DNA of 64,000 nucleotides from Octopus vulgaris. Lineage: Eukaryota. The position numbers and the translations under genes are program-made. The stretch is taken from contig OX597841.1 of the NCBI GenBank assembly GCA_951406725.2, positions 13,268,001 through 13,332,000 of the forward strand, given 5' to 3'. Shown piece by piece: positions 1 through 12,024 of the stretch (the stretch's first letter is position 1; each line of letters starts with the position of its first letter). The notes beneath the pieces were generated by a model, which saw only the letters and a list, made by a program, of their open reading frames with translations, was not told the origin of the DNA and made no database searches.

Positions 1-380
1 CGAGGTCACGTTATCTGCCACACCTCAAGGAATAAAAAAAGTCTCAAAGAGAAAAAGAAAGAAAAAAAAGCCAATTCCAGTTTTTCGTGTTTCTGGAATT
101 GTGAAAATGGCATTTTTCTACGATAGAATTTGCTTTAGAACTCCCTGGTCTATATAAACATAATTATGCGAGCCAAATGCAAAAATGAAATGTATGTTTG
201 TCAAGTATGTATATATAAATATTTGTGTGTGTAGATATATATCTGTTTATAATTATATACATATGTTTGGGTGTGTATGTATATATATATATGTGTGTGT
301 GTGTGTATATATATCTTGCAAACCAAATATAAAAATGAAATATGCGTATGTTTATGCCTATGTGTGGGTGTGTATGTATG

Positions 381-413
<33 letters not shown>

Positions 414-962
414 GAAGGCATAACTGCAGATTAGTGCCCCAATGCATTTTTCTTCATCGCTTACGGAAAAATCCATAATTTTAAATCAAATTTTGCAGAT
501 ATATGCCCTTGAAGGTGTAGATTATGATTAAGTTTATAAAATATAAAAGAAGATACCCAGAAATTGTTGAGGGAATAGTTTTGGATCTTCCTTCTTCCCA
601 TTACGGCTTTGTTTCTACCAATTTCTGTAATTTCAGCAATTTTTCGCGATTTCCCCCCACCCCCTCAGGTATCTCTCTTTAAAACACCAATATTACGTAA
701 TTCAGTCTCTGGAAAACGTATTTCTGTAAGATGTCTTTCGAAAATGTGTATTTTTTCGAGTGTTATGAGGAAACAAAGTTGAGACGGGGGGGGGGGGGAG
801 ATAATCGAAAGTCCTGCAAAAGAATTTAATATTATCGACCTAATTGTAATGTGCTCCTTTGAGAAAATATCTTTGCAAAATTTTGGTTAAAAAGACCATA
901 AAAAAAAAAAATGAATTTCAGAAAGTTATAAGGACTCAGTCAAGAGGGACAAACACTATATA

Positions 963-1180
963 TGAAGGCTGCTGAAAAGATCCTGGCTTTGATTAAAAGA
1001 AAATACAGGGGGATGGGGTCAGTTAATTACGATTTTATCCAACATATTCCCCTCTCAGGTTCACACACTTATTGCAAGAGTACTTCAGTTTTTCTAAGCC
1101 CTGTAAAAGAACTCAGGTTGGGCCTCCAACCAGGCCTTTCACAATATCCTTAAAGCCTGGAACTTTTCAGCAATTCCTTG
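963..1180 (-). mobile_element. Mariner-derived MITE (~220 bp)
   Basis: Imperfect TIRs (GCTGAAAAGATCCTGGCTTT / AAAGCCTGGAACTTTTCAGC) with TA on both sides. Same family as 38140-38305, 38919-39103 and 39654-39871. Confidence 0.75.
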
Positions 1181-1770
1181 TATGTATATACATATACACA
1201 CTTTGTTTGAGGCTCTGATGAAGCCACAAGATGTTTCTCAGGCACTCCACTATGAGTCCACTGCAACCTGTAGCAGAAACAACTGTAAGCTAATGGAATG
1301 CATAAGATACTTGTTTATTTGTTTGTCATCTCATTTTCTTGTGTATGTAATGTATTCCTCTCCCTATACCCTGTTGGGTGCCCCAGCAGTTTTCTCTCTC
1401 TCCTGTCCCTTATCCCATCTGGGATCAAGCATCTCCCCTACGACAAGATACCTGTTTCTCTTCCTGTTGTTGTACCTTAATCTTTCATCACCTGGCAAAG
1501 AGCCACCCCGCTCTCAGTTACTACTTCCTGTTTCAGTTACAGGCTGGGGGCCAGGGGTGCCTTATCTAGCAAGTTGGTGATTCCACTGGCACCAAGTAAA
1601 AAGCACCCAGTGCACTCTATAAAGTGGTTGGCATTAGAAAAGAACATCTCCCTCTGAACCTTTTGTATTACCTGTGGCTAGGTCCTGATGCATCTCTAAC
1701 ACCCACTTACTACTCTCTCTCTGTATCCTTCTAACTTTTCCTACTGGGGTAGCCAAATATCTCCTCTAAA

Positions 1771-2002
1771 AGGTGATGAGCTGGCAGACACGTTAGCACG
1801 CCGGGCGAAATGCTAAGCGGTATTTCGTCTGCTGTTACGTTCTGAGTTCAAACTCCTCTCGAGGTCGACTTTGCCTTTCATCCTTTCGGGATCGATAAAT
1901 TAAGTACCACCGATGCACTGGGGTCGATGTAATCGACTTAATCCCTTTGTCTGTCCTTGTTTGTCCCCTCTATGTTGAGCCCCTTGTGGATAGTAAAGAA
2001 AT
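1771..2002 (+). mobile_element. SINE family B (tRNA-like head, Deu/Nin-like central domain), monomer
   Basis: Head GAGCTGGCAG...GTTCAAA, body GTCGACTTTGCCTTTCATCCTTTCGGG..GATAAATTAAGTACC. 14-bp TSD ATATCTCCTCTAAA at 1757-1770 and 2003-2016. Domain name is by resemblance only. Confidence 0.85.
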
Positions 2003-2458
2003 ATATCTCCTCTAAAGTATGGCCCCTACCTCTATCCCTCTATTATAGTCTCACCTCTCGCTTGGCACAAAGCCACCACCCTCGGTTCCACTCCTTCTCC
2101 CAGGTGAGAAGTCTTTGTCTGACAAGTAATTTGGCATTCTTGATGGTGCTAGTACCATGGTAAGAGCACACCCAGAATATTCTGTAAAGCGGTTGGCATT
2201 AGGAAGGGCACCTAAAAGTAGAAACCATCCCAAAGTAGACAACTTCTGCTTGGCGCCACTCCTGGCTTGGCCAGTTCCTGTCAAACGGTCCAACCCAAGC
2301 CAGCACGAAAGACAGGTGTTTGATGAGGATGGGGATCCAGCTGTTGAAACTCTGCCAAAATGGATAATTTGCACAATTCCTCTGGCTTGTCAGCTTCTGG
2401 CAAACCATCCAACCCATGCCAGCATGGAAAACAAATGTTAAATCGTGATATATATATA

Positions 2459-2645
2459 TTCTTTTTGTACTTGTTTCAGTCATTTGACTGCGGCCATGCT
2501 GGAGCACCGCCTTTAGTCGAGCAAATTGACCCCAGGACTTATTCTTTGTAATCCTAGTTCTAACTGTCTCTTTTGCCGAACCGCTAAGTTACGGGGATGT
2601 AAACACACCAGCATCGGTTGTCAAGCGATGTTTGGGGGGGGGGGG

Positions 2646-2698
<53 letters not shown>

Positions 2699-2862
2699 CG
2701 ATGGGCTTCTTTCAGTTTCCATCTACCTATTTCACTCACAAGGCTTTAGTCGGCGTGAGGCTATAGTAGAAGACACTTGCCCAAGGTGCCATGCAGTGGG
2801 ACTGAACCCGGAACCATGTGGTTGGTAAGCAAGCTTCTTACCACACAGCCACTCCTGCGCCT
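2459..2862 (-). mobile_element. SINE family A (tRNA-like head, CORE-like CTTGGGCAAGT motif, internal microsatellite), full length
   Basis: Reverse complement of the 20710-21107 copy. About 30 full or partial copies in the window. Confidence 0.9.
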
Positions 2863-2907
2863 ATAAACTTGCAGCAGTTTATATAAAATATACATACATA
2901 GGTTGTG

Positions 2908-3220
2908 GGCGTGGCTGTGTGGTAAGAAGCTTGCTTCCCAACCACAGCCTCAGGCTGACCAAAGCCTTGTGAGTGGATTTGGTAGATGGAAACTGTAAGA
3001 AGCCTCTTGTATATCTATCCATATATGTAGATATTTAAACATGTGTTTGTCCCCTCATCACCGCTTGACAACTGTGTTGGTGTGTTTACATCCCCCGTAA
3101 CTTAACGGTTTGGCAAAAGAGACCAATAGAATAAGTACTAGGCTTAAAAAAGACGTCCCTTCCAGGCAGTGCTCCAGCATGGCAATAGTCAAATGACTGA
3201 CATGAGTAAGAGAGTAAAAG
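2908..3220 (+). mobile_element. SINE family A, internally deleted
   Basis: GGCGTGGCTGTGTGGTAAGAAGCTTGCTTCCCAACCAC head, AAGAGAGTAAAAG tail. Confidence 0.85.
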
Positions 3221-3438
3221 AATCCATACAGATTCAGCACAGACTTTCCATGCAATGACGGTCTGCTGCCTTTTTAGAATTTACACTAATTGTCCAGGTA
3301 CCTGTGGGTCGTTTAATTATTTAAGTAAATTTAATATTTAATTTGGAGCACATTGACCTAGAAACATGTATTTTCTCTAGTTTGGAAGAGAGATAAAAAC
3401 TCATTTATCTGGAATGGTCTTGGGAAATTAATGTTGTA

Positions 3439-3895
3439 CATCATCATCATCATCATCGTTTAACGTCCGTTTTCCATGCTAGCATGGGTTGGACGGTTCT
3501 ACTGGGGTCTGGGAAGCCAGGAGGCTGCGCCAGGCCCAGTCTGATCTAGCAGTGTTTCTACAGCTGGATGCCCTTCCTAACGCCAACCACTCCGAGAGTG
3601 TAGTGGGTGCTTTTTATGTGCCACCTGCACAGGTGCCAGACGAGGCTGGCAAACGGCCAGGATTGGATGGTGCTTTTTATGTGCCACCGGCACAGGGGCC
3701 AGACGAGGCTGGCAAACGGCCACGATCGGATGGTGCTTTTTACGTGCCACCGGCACGGGGGCCAGACGAGGCTGGCAACGGCCACAATCGGATGGTTCTC
3801 TTACGTGCCACCGGCACTGGTATCACAGCTACAATTTCCATTGATGTTGAAAGATTTTGATTTTCACTTGCCTCAACAGGTCTTCACAAGTAGGG
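3439..3895 (-). mobile_element. SINE family C (GGTTGGCGTTAGGAAGGGCATCCAGC domain, Meta-SINE-like; GGACGTTAAAC(GAT)n tail) with internal 63-bp tandem repeat
   Basis: (CAT)n tail at 3439-3456; 63-bp units start at 3606, 3669 and 3732. Other copies near 2125-2330, 7330-7520, 12830-13465, 30568-30845, 44270-44700, 56245-56480, 57690-58028, 63491-63733. Confidence 0.8.
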
Positions 3896-3938
3896 TTCAT
3901 GTCAGACGGTGAATGCGTATGTGTGTGTGTGCAGGTAT

Positions 3939-4155
3939 CCTATTTCTTTACTACCCTCAAGGGGCTAAACACAGAGGACAAACGGATTAAGTCAATTATA
4001 TCGACCCCAGTGCGTAACTGGTACTTATTTAATCGACCCCAAAAGGATGAAAGGCAATGTCGACCTCGGCGGAATTTGAACTCAGAACGTAGTGGCAGAC
4101 GAAATACCTCTAGGCATTTCGCCCGGCATGCTAACGATTCGGCCAGCTCACCGCA
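3939..4155 (-). mobile_element. SINE family B
   Basis: Reverse complement of the family B body and head. Confidence 0.85.
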
Positions 4156-4254
4156 GACATCCATTCGTTTCCATTCATCCGTCCGTCTTCCTGCGTTTAT
4201 GAAAACCCTGTGTTTCCAGCTTCTAGAGATAATGCAGTCACGTTCGCTGCCGGC

Positions 4255-4865
4255 GTTGTTGTTTTAACCCCAGGTAAGGTGCTGATCCTGCAAACCCCCA
4301 TACCATGTAACGTAATCACTCTGATGATAAAAACTGTTTGCCTTACCCCTCCGTCCATCCCCTCGCACTCTACCCCAGATACATAACTAATGTCTTTACC
4401 CGGTTTGATAGGAGCGGAACGCACTTCATTAAGACACTTCCAAAGGTGTGGTGGCCGTGGGGGTGGAGGGAGAAATGTATTAAAAGCTTATTTAGCCCCG
4501 GGTCAGTCCCGATCCACTTTACCTAGCATTTAAAACCATCCCAGGTGTATGTATCTTCAAAGTACATCATCTGAACCATACTTCCTTGTTATTTAACCCT
4601 AGGTCGGTTCCCTAAGAGTCAAGACCATCCTTTTTTTCATTCAGAGTACATTATCTAATATGTACTTCCTTGTTATTTTAACCCCAGGTCAGCCCTAATA
4701 ACCTATACCTAGCATTTAAGACTATCCCATTTTGTTTTTACTCAGGCATGATGTATCTTGGAGTAAAATTATCTAATGCATCCTTCTTTGTCTTTTAGCC
4801 CAAGGTTAGTCTTGATCCAGCAGACCTATGATCAAAGTTGGTCTAGTTGTGACCACCCCTTTTAT
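4255..4865 (+). repeat. Degenerate array of the dispersed ~125-bp satellite-like unit
   Basis: Recurrent TTTAGCCCCAGGTCAG..CTGATCC..ACCTATGATCAAA..GACCATCC motifs. Confidence 0.6.
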
Positions 4866-5065
4866 ACATGAGTGTTTCTTGGAGTACATTATGTAAATGT
4901 CTTATTTTCTTCAGTGATTTGAGGAAGATTTGGCTGCTATTTCTACCGGTTCTTGTAGCTTCTCTTTTGGACTGTTGTTGGCAGTATTGCTGGTGTCTCT
5001 CATTTTCATACACAAGTTTACCTAGGACTACATCAATATCCATTGGCTCTTATTTTCTACACACA

Positions 5066-6800
5066 GGTGCAGGCGTGGATGTGTGCTAAGAAGCTTGCTT
5101 CCCAACCACATGGTTCTGGGTTCAGTCCCACTGCATGGCACCCTTGGGCTGATCAAAGCCTTGTGAGAGGATTTGGTTGATGGAAACTGAAAGAAGCCCA
5201 TGTACACACACACACACATTTGTGTGTCTGTATTTGTTGCCCCATCACCGTTTGTCAACCAGTGTTGGTGTGTTTGCATCCCCTGCAACTTAGCAGTTCA
5301 ACAAAAGAGACTGATAGAATAAGTACTAGGCTTAAAAAAGAAGTCCTGGGGTGGATTTATTTGGCTAAAACCCCTCAAGGCGGTGCTCCAGCCTGGCCAC
5401 AATCAAACGACTGAAATAAGTAAAAGAATGTGATTTGAGGTAGATTCAGCTACTATTGCTAGCAGTTCTTGCAGAAGCTGCTTCTTTGGTTGCAGCTGAT
5501 AGTGTTGGCAGTATCCAGTTCATTTAATACGCAAGTGTATCTAGGACTACATCAGTATTCAAGTGTCTTTTGTCTTCAGAAAGTGATGTGAAGATTTGAC
5601 TGCTATTTCTAGCATGTTTTGTAACCACATAGAGGCTTCTTTTCTTACTGTTATTCTTTTGCTTGTTTCAGTCATTTGACTGTGGCCATGCTGGAGCACT
5701 GCCTTTAGTTGAACAAATCAATCCCAGGACTTATTCCTTGTATGCTTAGTACTTATTGTTTTGCAGAGCTGCTAAGTTATGGGGATGTAAACACACCAAC
5801 GTTGGTTGTCAAGCGATGGTGTGGGGGGGGGGGGGGACAAACACACACACACACACATATGATGGGCTTCTTTCAGTTTCCATATACCAAATCCACTCAC
5901 AAAGCTTTGGTCGGCCCTTGGCTATAGTAGAAGACACTTGACCAAGGTGCCATGCAGTGGGACTGAACCCGTAACCATGTGGTTGGGAAGCAAGCTACTT
6001 ACCACACAGCCACGCCTGCGCCTATAACAGTTGCTGATGGAGTTTGTGGAAGTGTTGGAAGAGAGAGAAGGGGGTACCTTGATTCATGCATAGGAGCAGG
6101 AACACCCACATAGCCTGTAGCCAAAAAGCAGGCAAAGTCTGTGCCTCTTCAGAACTCTCTTTGAAGTGACAAAAGATAGAAATGATTATGGTGGGTTTGG
6201 TGGAGAATTCATGGGCATATCTACAGTTTGATGCCCCACCAAATTCATGCCTTCATAACTTGAAAAGAATGCATATTTTTTTAATGAAGTTTTTCAGACA
6301 GATGTTTCAAGGATGTAGATTATGATTACACTGATAGATTTAGGAATCTCCCCCCTCACCTAAATGTGCTTTTTCAAAATTCTCTTACAATTGCACAGAC
6401 CTGGCTGTGTGGTAAGTTGATTGCTTTCTAACCACATTGTTCCAAGTTCAGTCCTGCTGCATGGCACCTTGAACAAGTGTCTTTTACTATCAGCCTCAGG
6501 CTGACCAAATCCTTGTGAGTAGATTTGGTTAATGGAAAGGAAACGGAAAGAAGCCTGTTGTGTGTGTGTGTATATATATATATTTTCATACACACACACA
6601 TATGTTTGTGTGTGTCTTTGTTTTTGCCTCCCCACCATCACTTCACAACCGATGTTGGTGTGTTTATGTCTCTATAACTTAGTGGCTTGACAAAAGAGAC
6701 TGATAGAATAAGTATTAGGCTTACAAAGAATTTCCTTGAGGTTGATTTCAACTAAACAACTCTTTAAGGTGGTTCCCCAGCATGGCTGCAACCAAATAAC
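5066..6800. mobile_element. Three family A SINEs in alternating orientation (5066-5430 +, 5651-6023 -, 6400-6800 +)
   Basis: Each matches the family A consensus. Confidence 0.85.
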
Positions 6801-7525
6801 TTATCAGAGAAAAAATGTCTCTTGATGAATGTCTCTGGGGCCCTAAAGTGTAGATATGCCTCATGCTGCTATTTTTTTTCAGTCTCATAGTAGCCGTTCT
6901 CTCTCATTAATAATGGATACATATTTCTACATTGTAGGAATATCGGTCGGCAGCATTTGTGGAATGGCAGACAAAATAGAAATTTGCTGTAGAATGTTGT
7001 TCTTTCATATAAAATTCCAAAATACTTGAGTTGGGTTTATGTTTGAGTGTCAGATTAATTAATACACCTCGTTTGTTGGTCCCTCACCTCTCTTGTTTTG
7101 CATGGCTCAGTGGTTAGTGTTGGGCTCACAATCATGAGGTAGGGAGTTCAATTACAGAGAGTATTGAATATGCCTTTTTATTTATGTGGCACCAATGAGG
7201 TCCCTACGTATTTTGCAAGAGAAAAGGGAGAAGGAAAAACTGACTAAATCAGGACAGGGTTTATATTTGACAAAGGCAGGAGGGGTCAGTGGTTCTGCAC
7301 GAGGGGTTGAGAGACTATTGTCAATGTCTTTTGATGTCCATTTTCCATGCTGGCATGGGTTGGACGGTTTGACAGGAGATGATGACCCGGAAGACTGCAC
7401 CAAGCCTTGTTGCCTGTACTGGCCTGGTTTCTACAGCTGGATGCCCTTCCTGATGCCAACCACTTTATAGGGTGCACAGGGTACTCTTTTTTACGTGACA
7501 CAACACTGGCCAAGTCACCAAGTAT

Positions 7526-7778
7526 GGAGGCACATGGCCTAGTGGTTAGAGCAGCAGACTCGTGGTCGAGGGATCGCTGGTTCGAATCTCAGACCAGGCG
7601 ATGTTTATGAGCGAAACACCTACGCTGCATGCGGCTCCGGCAGAAGGTAATGGCGAACTTCTGCTGACTCTTTTGCCACAACTTTCACTCTTGCCTCCTG
7701 CATCTTGCAGCTCACCTGCGACGGACCGGCATCCTACCCAGGTGTAGAACCTATACGCCAAGGAAACTGGGAAAACTA
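7526..7778 (+). mobile_element. tRNA-derived SINE, distinct family (Arg-TCG-like head)
   Basis: A box TGGCCTAGTGG, B box GGTTCGAATC, no acceptor stem; 3' CCTGCGACGGACCGGCATCC motif typical of SINE bodies. Confidence 0.7.
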
Positions 7779-7893
7779 GAAAAATATTAATTCTGGGACT
7801 GATTCATTTGGCTAAAGATTCTTCAAGGCGGTGCCCCAGCATGGCCGCAGTCCAATGACTGAAACAAGATCTATCTATATATATATATATATA

Positions 7894-7977
7894 TACTTTA
7901 TTTAAAGCAGGAGAAAATTCAACAAAACCTGTTACTCTGAGTTTCCCGTTGCCGTTCGTCGGACAGTTTTTGCTAGA
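7894..7977 (-). ncRNA. Type I hammerhead-like motif in a Penelope-type short repeat, inside (TA)n
   Basis: Minus strand 7971-7924: AAAAACTGT-CCGACGA-ACG(GCAA)CGG-GAAA-CTC A GAG-TA-ACAGGTTTT. Near-identical to 35596-35680. Confidence 0.6.
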
Positions 7978-8011
<34 letters not shown>

Positions 8012-8173
8012 ATATATATATGTATGTATATATATATATATACACACACACACATACATATAATTGGGGTATTATGATGTGTTTATATGGACGTCTGTAA
8101 TTGTTTTTGTCGACTCTCTCTCTCTCTCTCATGCTTTTTCTTTCTCTCAAATTTACTGCGGAATGAGTTTGTA

Positions 8174-8387
8174 CTCGATTATCGCGGGTGTTGCGTTACA
8201 ACTCCACCCCCGCGATAGGTGAAAATCCGGGAAGTAGAAACAGTACTGCACTGCATATTTTTAAAATTATTTTTGTAATTTGTATATATTTCTTGTTATA
8301 AATGCAAAACAACACCACAGAGGAATTGACGTAAGCTTAAAATAATAAACCGCGATAGGCGAACCGCGATATGCCGAGGGATTACTG
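8174..8387. mobile_element. Tigger/pogo-like MITE, left TIR truncated
   Basis: Left CTCGATTATCGCGG is inverted relative to right CCGCGATATGCCGAGGGATTACTG, followed by TA. Confidence 0.6.
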
Positions 8388-8523
8388 TAATGTGGTGTGC
8401 GTGTGTATGCATGTATCTATCTATCTATCTATATATATAGTATCTATGTACATACAGCTATACACTTTGTGGTTGTGTGTGTATATATTGTGTATGTTTG
8501 TACATACAGGTATACAGTTTATC

Positions 8524-8581
<58 letters not shown>

Positions 8582-8596
8582 TATACATTTACGTTT

Positions 8597-8727
8597 TCGT
8601 TTTGCAAGATTCCTGATGTGAAATCGTGTGTGCGTATATATTTACATATATTATACGCATAAATATGCATCGTGCGTCTTGCATGTGCGTATAAATGTCT
8701 TACGTATGTATATATTTGTGTGTGTCT

Positions 8728-8765
<38 letters not shown>

Positions 8766-8938
8766 CGTTTATGTATTCGTTTTGCAAGATTCCTGATGTG
8801 AAATCGTGTGTGCGTATATATTTACATATATTATACGCATAAATATGCATCGTGCGTCTTGCATGTGCGTATAAATGTCTTATGTATGTATATATTTGTG
8901 TGTGTGTCTATACACACAACACACACACACACACACAC
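8597..8938. repeat. Near-perfect 180-bp tandem duplication, each unit ending in (CA)n
   Basis: TTTGCAAGATTCCTGATGTGAAATCG at 8601 and 8781. Confidence 0.9.
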
Positions 8939-9065
8939 GTATGTTTGTGCTCAGGTGGGTTCATTCAGGACTTCCGTATCTTTTTGTCTTTCGTCGCAAT
9001 TATAATCATATGACCGAGGTCGATTTCTCTTGATATCCACAGCATACACGCAACCGCGTATATAC

Positions 9066-9147
<82 letters not shown>

Positions 9148-9739
9148 AACATACACATATATGTATATATATATACACATACACACACACACACACACAA
9201 CACACACACACACACACAGACACACACATAAACGTGCATGCATAAGCAAGCACACGTACGTACAAATACGTGTACGTACACACGCACAAACATTCGCGTA
9301 CGTACGTCCGTACATACGTACATGTATGTAGTGTGTGTGTGTGTGTGCGCGTGCATGCATGTATATCGATCGGAACCCGTTTCTGGATCGTGTGACAAAA
9401 GGAAAGGAGAAGGACGAAGTGTTGTGATTAAAATCATTAAAGGTTGCCATCAAGAAAACAAAAAAAAAACAAGAAAATATGATTAGCATTATCCGGGGTG
9501 GAAGGGTGGGTGGAGAGGGATGTGCTTGTATATTAAAGGAGGACGATGGGGAGGAGGAGAGGATATATAGATAAAAGGGGGGGATAGGAAGAGGGGTAGA
9601 AAGTAATAGAGAGGGGGAGAGACGAAGGGCGGTAAAAGGAGTGATTGGGGTGGGGGGTGGAGGTGATGTGTAGTTTTGTCCCCTTCCCTCCGAAGTCGAC
9701 CCTGATTTGAGAGACCCTTGAAAGGCATTGAAGCGTGAC

Positions 9740-10695
9740 CATCGTGTCTTATCTAGGGCTGCATGGCATCCTTCCTTGTTGTTTTGTTTAGCCCCGGGTC
9801 TGTCCTGATCCACCTGACTCGTATCCTAAGATGTTCCACTTGTGGCGATCCTGTCTTTTTTATTCTGACATAATGTATCTAGGACTACATGATCTCGTGT
9901 TGCTGTTTAGCCCCAGGTCAGTCCTGTGCCAACAGACCTATGATCAAAGAGGCATCAGCTGTGGCCATCTCATCTTCTATTCAGGCATAGTGTATCTAGG
10001 ACTACATTATCTAATGTGTCCTTCCTTGTTGCTGTGTGACCCCAAGACAGTCCTGATTCAGTAGGCTTATGATCAGAGACGTTCCAGCTATGACCATCCC
10101 ATATTTTATTCAGGCATAGTGTATCTAGGACTACATTATCTAATGTGTCCTTGTTGTTGTTTAGCCCCAGGTCAGTCCTGATCCAGACACACCTATGATC
10201 AAAGAGGCATCAGCTGTGACCATCTCATCTTCTATTCAGGCATAGTGTATCTCGGACTACATTATCTAATGTATAATTCCTTGTTATGGATATTTAACCC
10301 TAGGTCGTCTTCATCCTGTTGACTGATTTAATGTGTTCTTGTTCAATCACAATGATTAAGTGCAGCTATAGTCAAAAATATTCCAGCCATGCCCATCACC
10401 TGCGTGGAGGATCTGTGATCATATAAAATGTGTCATTTACCCCTAGGTCAGTACTGATTCAGTAGATCTATGAACAAAGATGTTCCAGATATGACCATCT
10501 TGTCTTTTATTCAGGCATAGCGTATCTTGGACTACATTATCTAAAATGTTGTTCCTTGTGTTGCTTAGCCCTAAGCTTGTCCTGATCCAGTAAGACCTAT
10601 GATCAAAAGTGTTCCAGCTGTGACTATCCTGTCTTTTTATTCAAACCTAGTCTATCTAGGATTACATTATCCAATGTGTTGTTCTTTGTTGTTTA
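9740..10695 (+). repeat. Tandem array (~7 units, ~125-130 bp) of the dispersed satellite-like unit
   Basis: Unit TTTAGCCCCAGGTCAGTCCTGATCCAGCAGACCTATGATCAAAG...GTATCTAGGACTACATTATCTAATGTGTCC; spacings of 129 and 125 bp at 9911/10040/10165. Confidence 0.85.
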
Positions 10696-10790
10696 GCTTT
10701 CTGTTTTAAATTAGAATCTTCCCTCAAAATTTCATGTTTATGTCCCAAACACCAATTCACTGGTGACCAGTTTGTTTTTCTGAATTATTC

Positions 10791-11258
10791 GTTAGACTTA
10801 GATAAACTTAGATATGTTTCGACCAAAGATTGGTCCAGGCCATGTCTAACTTAATAGCACCACCTGATAGGATTATTTGAATCCTGTTTAAGTCAAGTTT
10901 TGTTTATGGTCCATTCAAGTAGTGAGTTTTTGTTGGGTGAGTTGTATCCAATTATGGGTGGTTTGTCTGGTATTCCTTGAAGGAATCTATCCAGACTTCG
11001 TTTAAAGTTGATGGGATCCTTTTCCTCTTTGATCTCTTTCGGGACAATGTCAAATAGGGCAGAGCCTGTTGAGGAAAAGAAATTATGTTGCAGTGTACAT
11101 GTATGCTGTGATCTTGAATTGGGCAAAGGACGTTTGGCCCGTGGTCCCAGTCTTGGATGAACCTTGAAGCTAATGTTCAGGTCATTTGGGCAAAGTTGGC
11201 GGTATATTCTCCACATGGTACAAATGATGTACCGCTCATGGCGACGCTGGAGAGAGTA
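10791..11258 (-). mobile_element. 5'-truncated CR1-group LINE: ORF2 C-terminus, 3' UTR and (TCTAAG)-type tail
   Basis: Open frame YSLQRRHERYIICTMWRI...FKRSLDRFLQGIPDKP..GY...NSLLEW* resembles the CR1/L2-group post-RT C-terminus. GTTA at both ends; interrupts a MITE. Confidence 0.8.
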
Positions 11259-11346
11259 GTTATTTTCAAAATTAAAACAAAGGCGGAGGATTTTAGCAGA
11301 AATATGGTAAGTGAAAGATTAAGATCCAGGACCAGTCTGTGGTTAA

Positions 11347-11546
11347 CCATTTTGATACCAATCCACCAGAGACTACCATCCTGGTTCTATAATGCAAACT
11401 TCCTCTTTTTTTAAAAGGATCGAAATTCCTTATATTCCAAACACCTGATTAATAATGGCAAAGTTTTTCTGCTAAATTCTTCTTTATTTTCAAAATTCGT
11501 TAAAACAAAGGCCAAGGATTCCAACAGAGGAATGGTAATGAGAGGG
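11347..11546. mobile_element. piggyBac-like MITE family 2
   Basis: TTAA-CCATTTTGATACCA ... TGGTAATGAGAGGG-TTAA. Related to 47999-48220 and the split copy at 10700-11322. Confidence 0.6.
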
Positions 11547-11699
11547 TTAAGCATGAAACAGAAGCGTTGCTGTGGACTTGTGTAGGTTTGAAGCCTGGCC
11601 TCTTTCTTTCTGGCCAGGCGGATCTTTACCTTTTGACCGGCAGATTTAGGGATGAAGAGGGCCACTGGTCTGCGTCCTGTTATGGAAACCTTTGTTGAG

Positions 11700-11885
11700 A
11701 GAAATTTATGTTGGTTGGGTCACGTACACAGGATGGACAACAGCAGATTCTCTGGACAAATCTTTTACTCCCAGGGGGGAAAGTTACCATGGAAGACCTA
11801 GAATGAGATTTAAGGATATTGTAAAAAGGAATTGGGTCATAATAAATGGCAAACCCAAGGGAAAAACCAGATAGTATGGAGAAAG
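11700..11885 (+). pseudogene. RTE-clade LINE ORF2 C-terminal fragment
   Basis: Frameshifted LCWLGHVHRMDNSR..QIFYS / GRPRMRFKDIVKRN. Confidence 0.7.
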
Positions 11886-11970
11886 CTTTATCAAACCATT
11901 ACCAAATCCCTGAACGGTCCTAGCCATGGCAACTGACCGCAGATAATAAAAGAGCAATGTATTACTTGTA

Positions 11971-11975
<5 letters not shown>

Positions 11976-12024
<49 letters not shown>

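Noticed and set aside
149-900. Helitron/DINE-like element (also 36460-36950)
   Set aside because: TC-TATA starts are suggestive, but no 3' hairpin-CTRR end was located.
2090-2110. Other CAG|GT(A/G)AG motifs (2103, 4273, 46256) as recursive sites
   Set aside because: Inside repeat copies, with weaker donor or pyrimidine tract.
7526-7600. tRNA-Arg gene
   Set aside because: A and B boxes present but no acceptor stem, and it continues into a SINE body.
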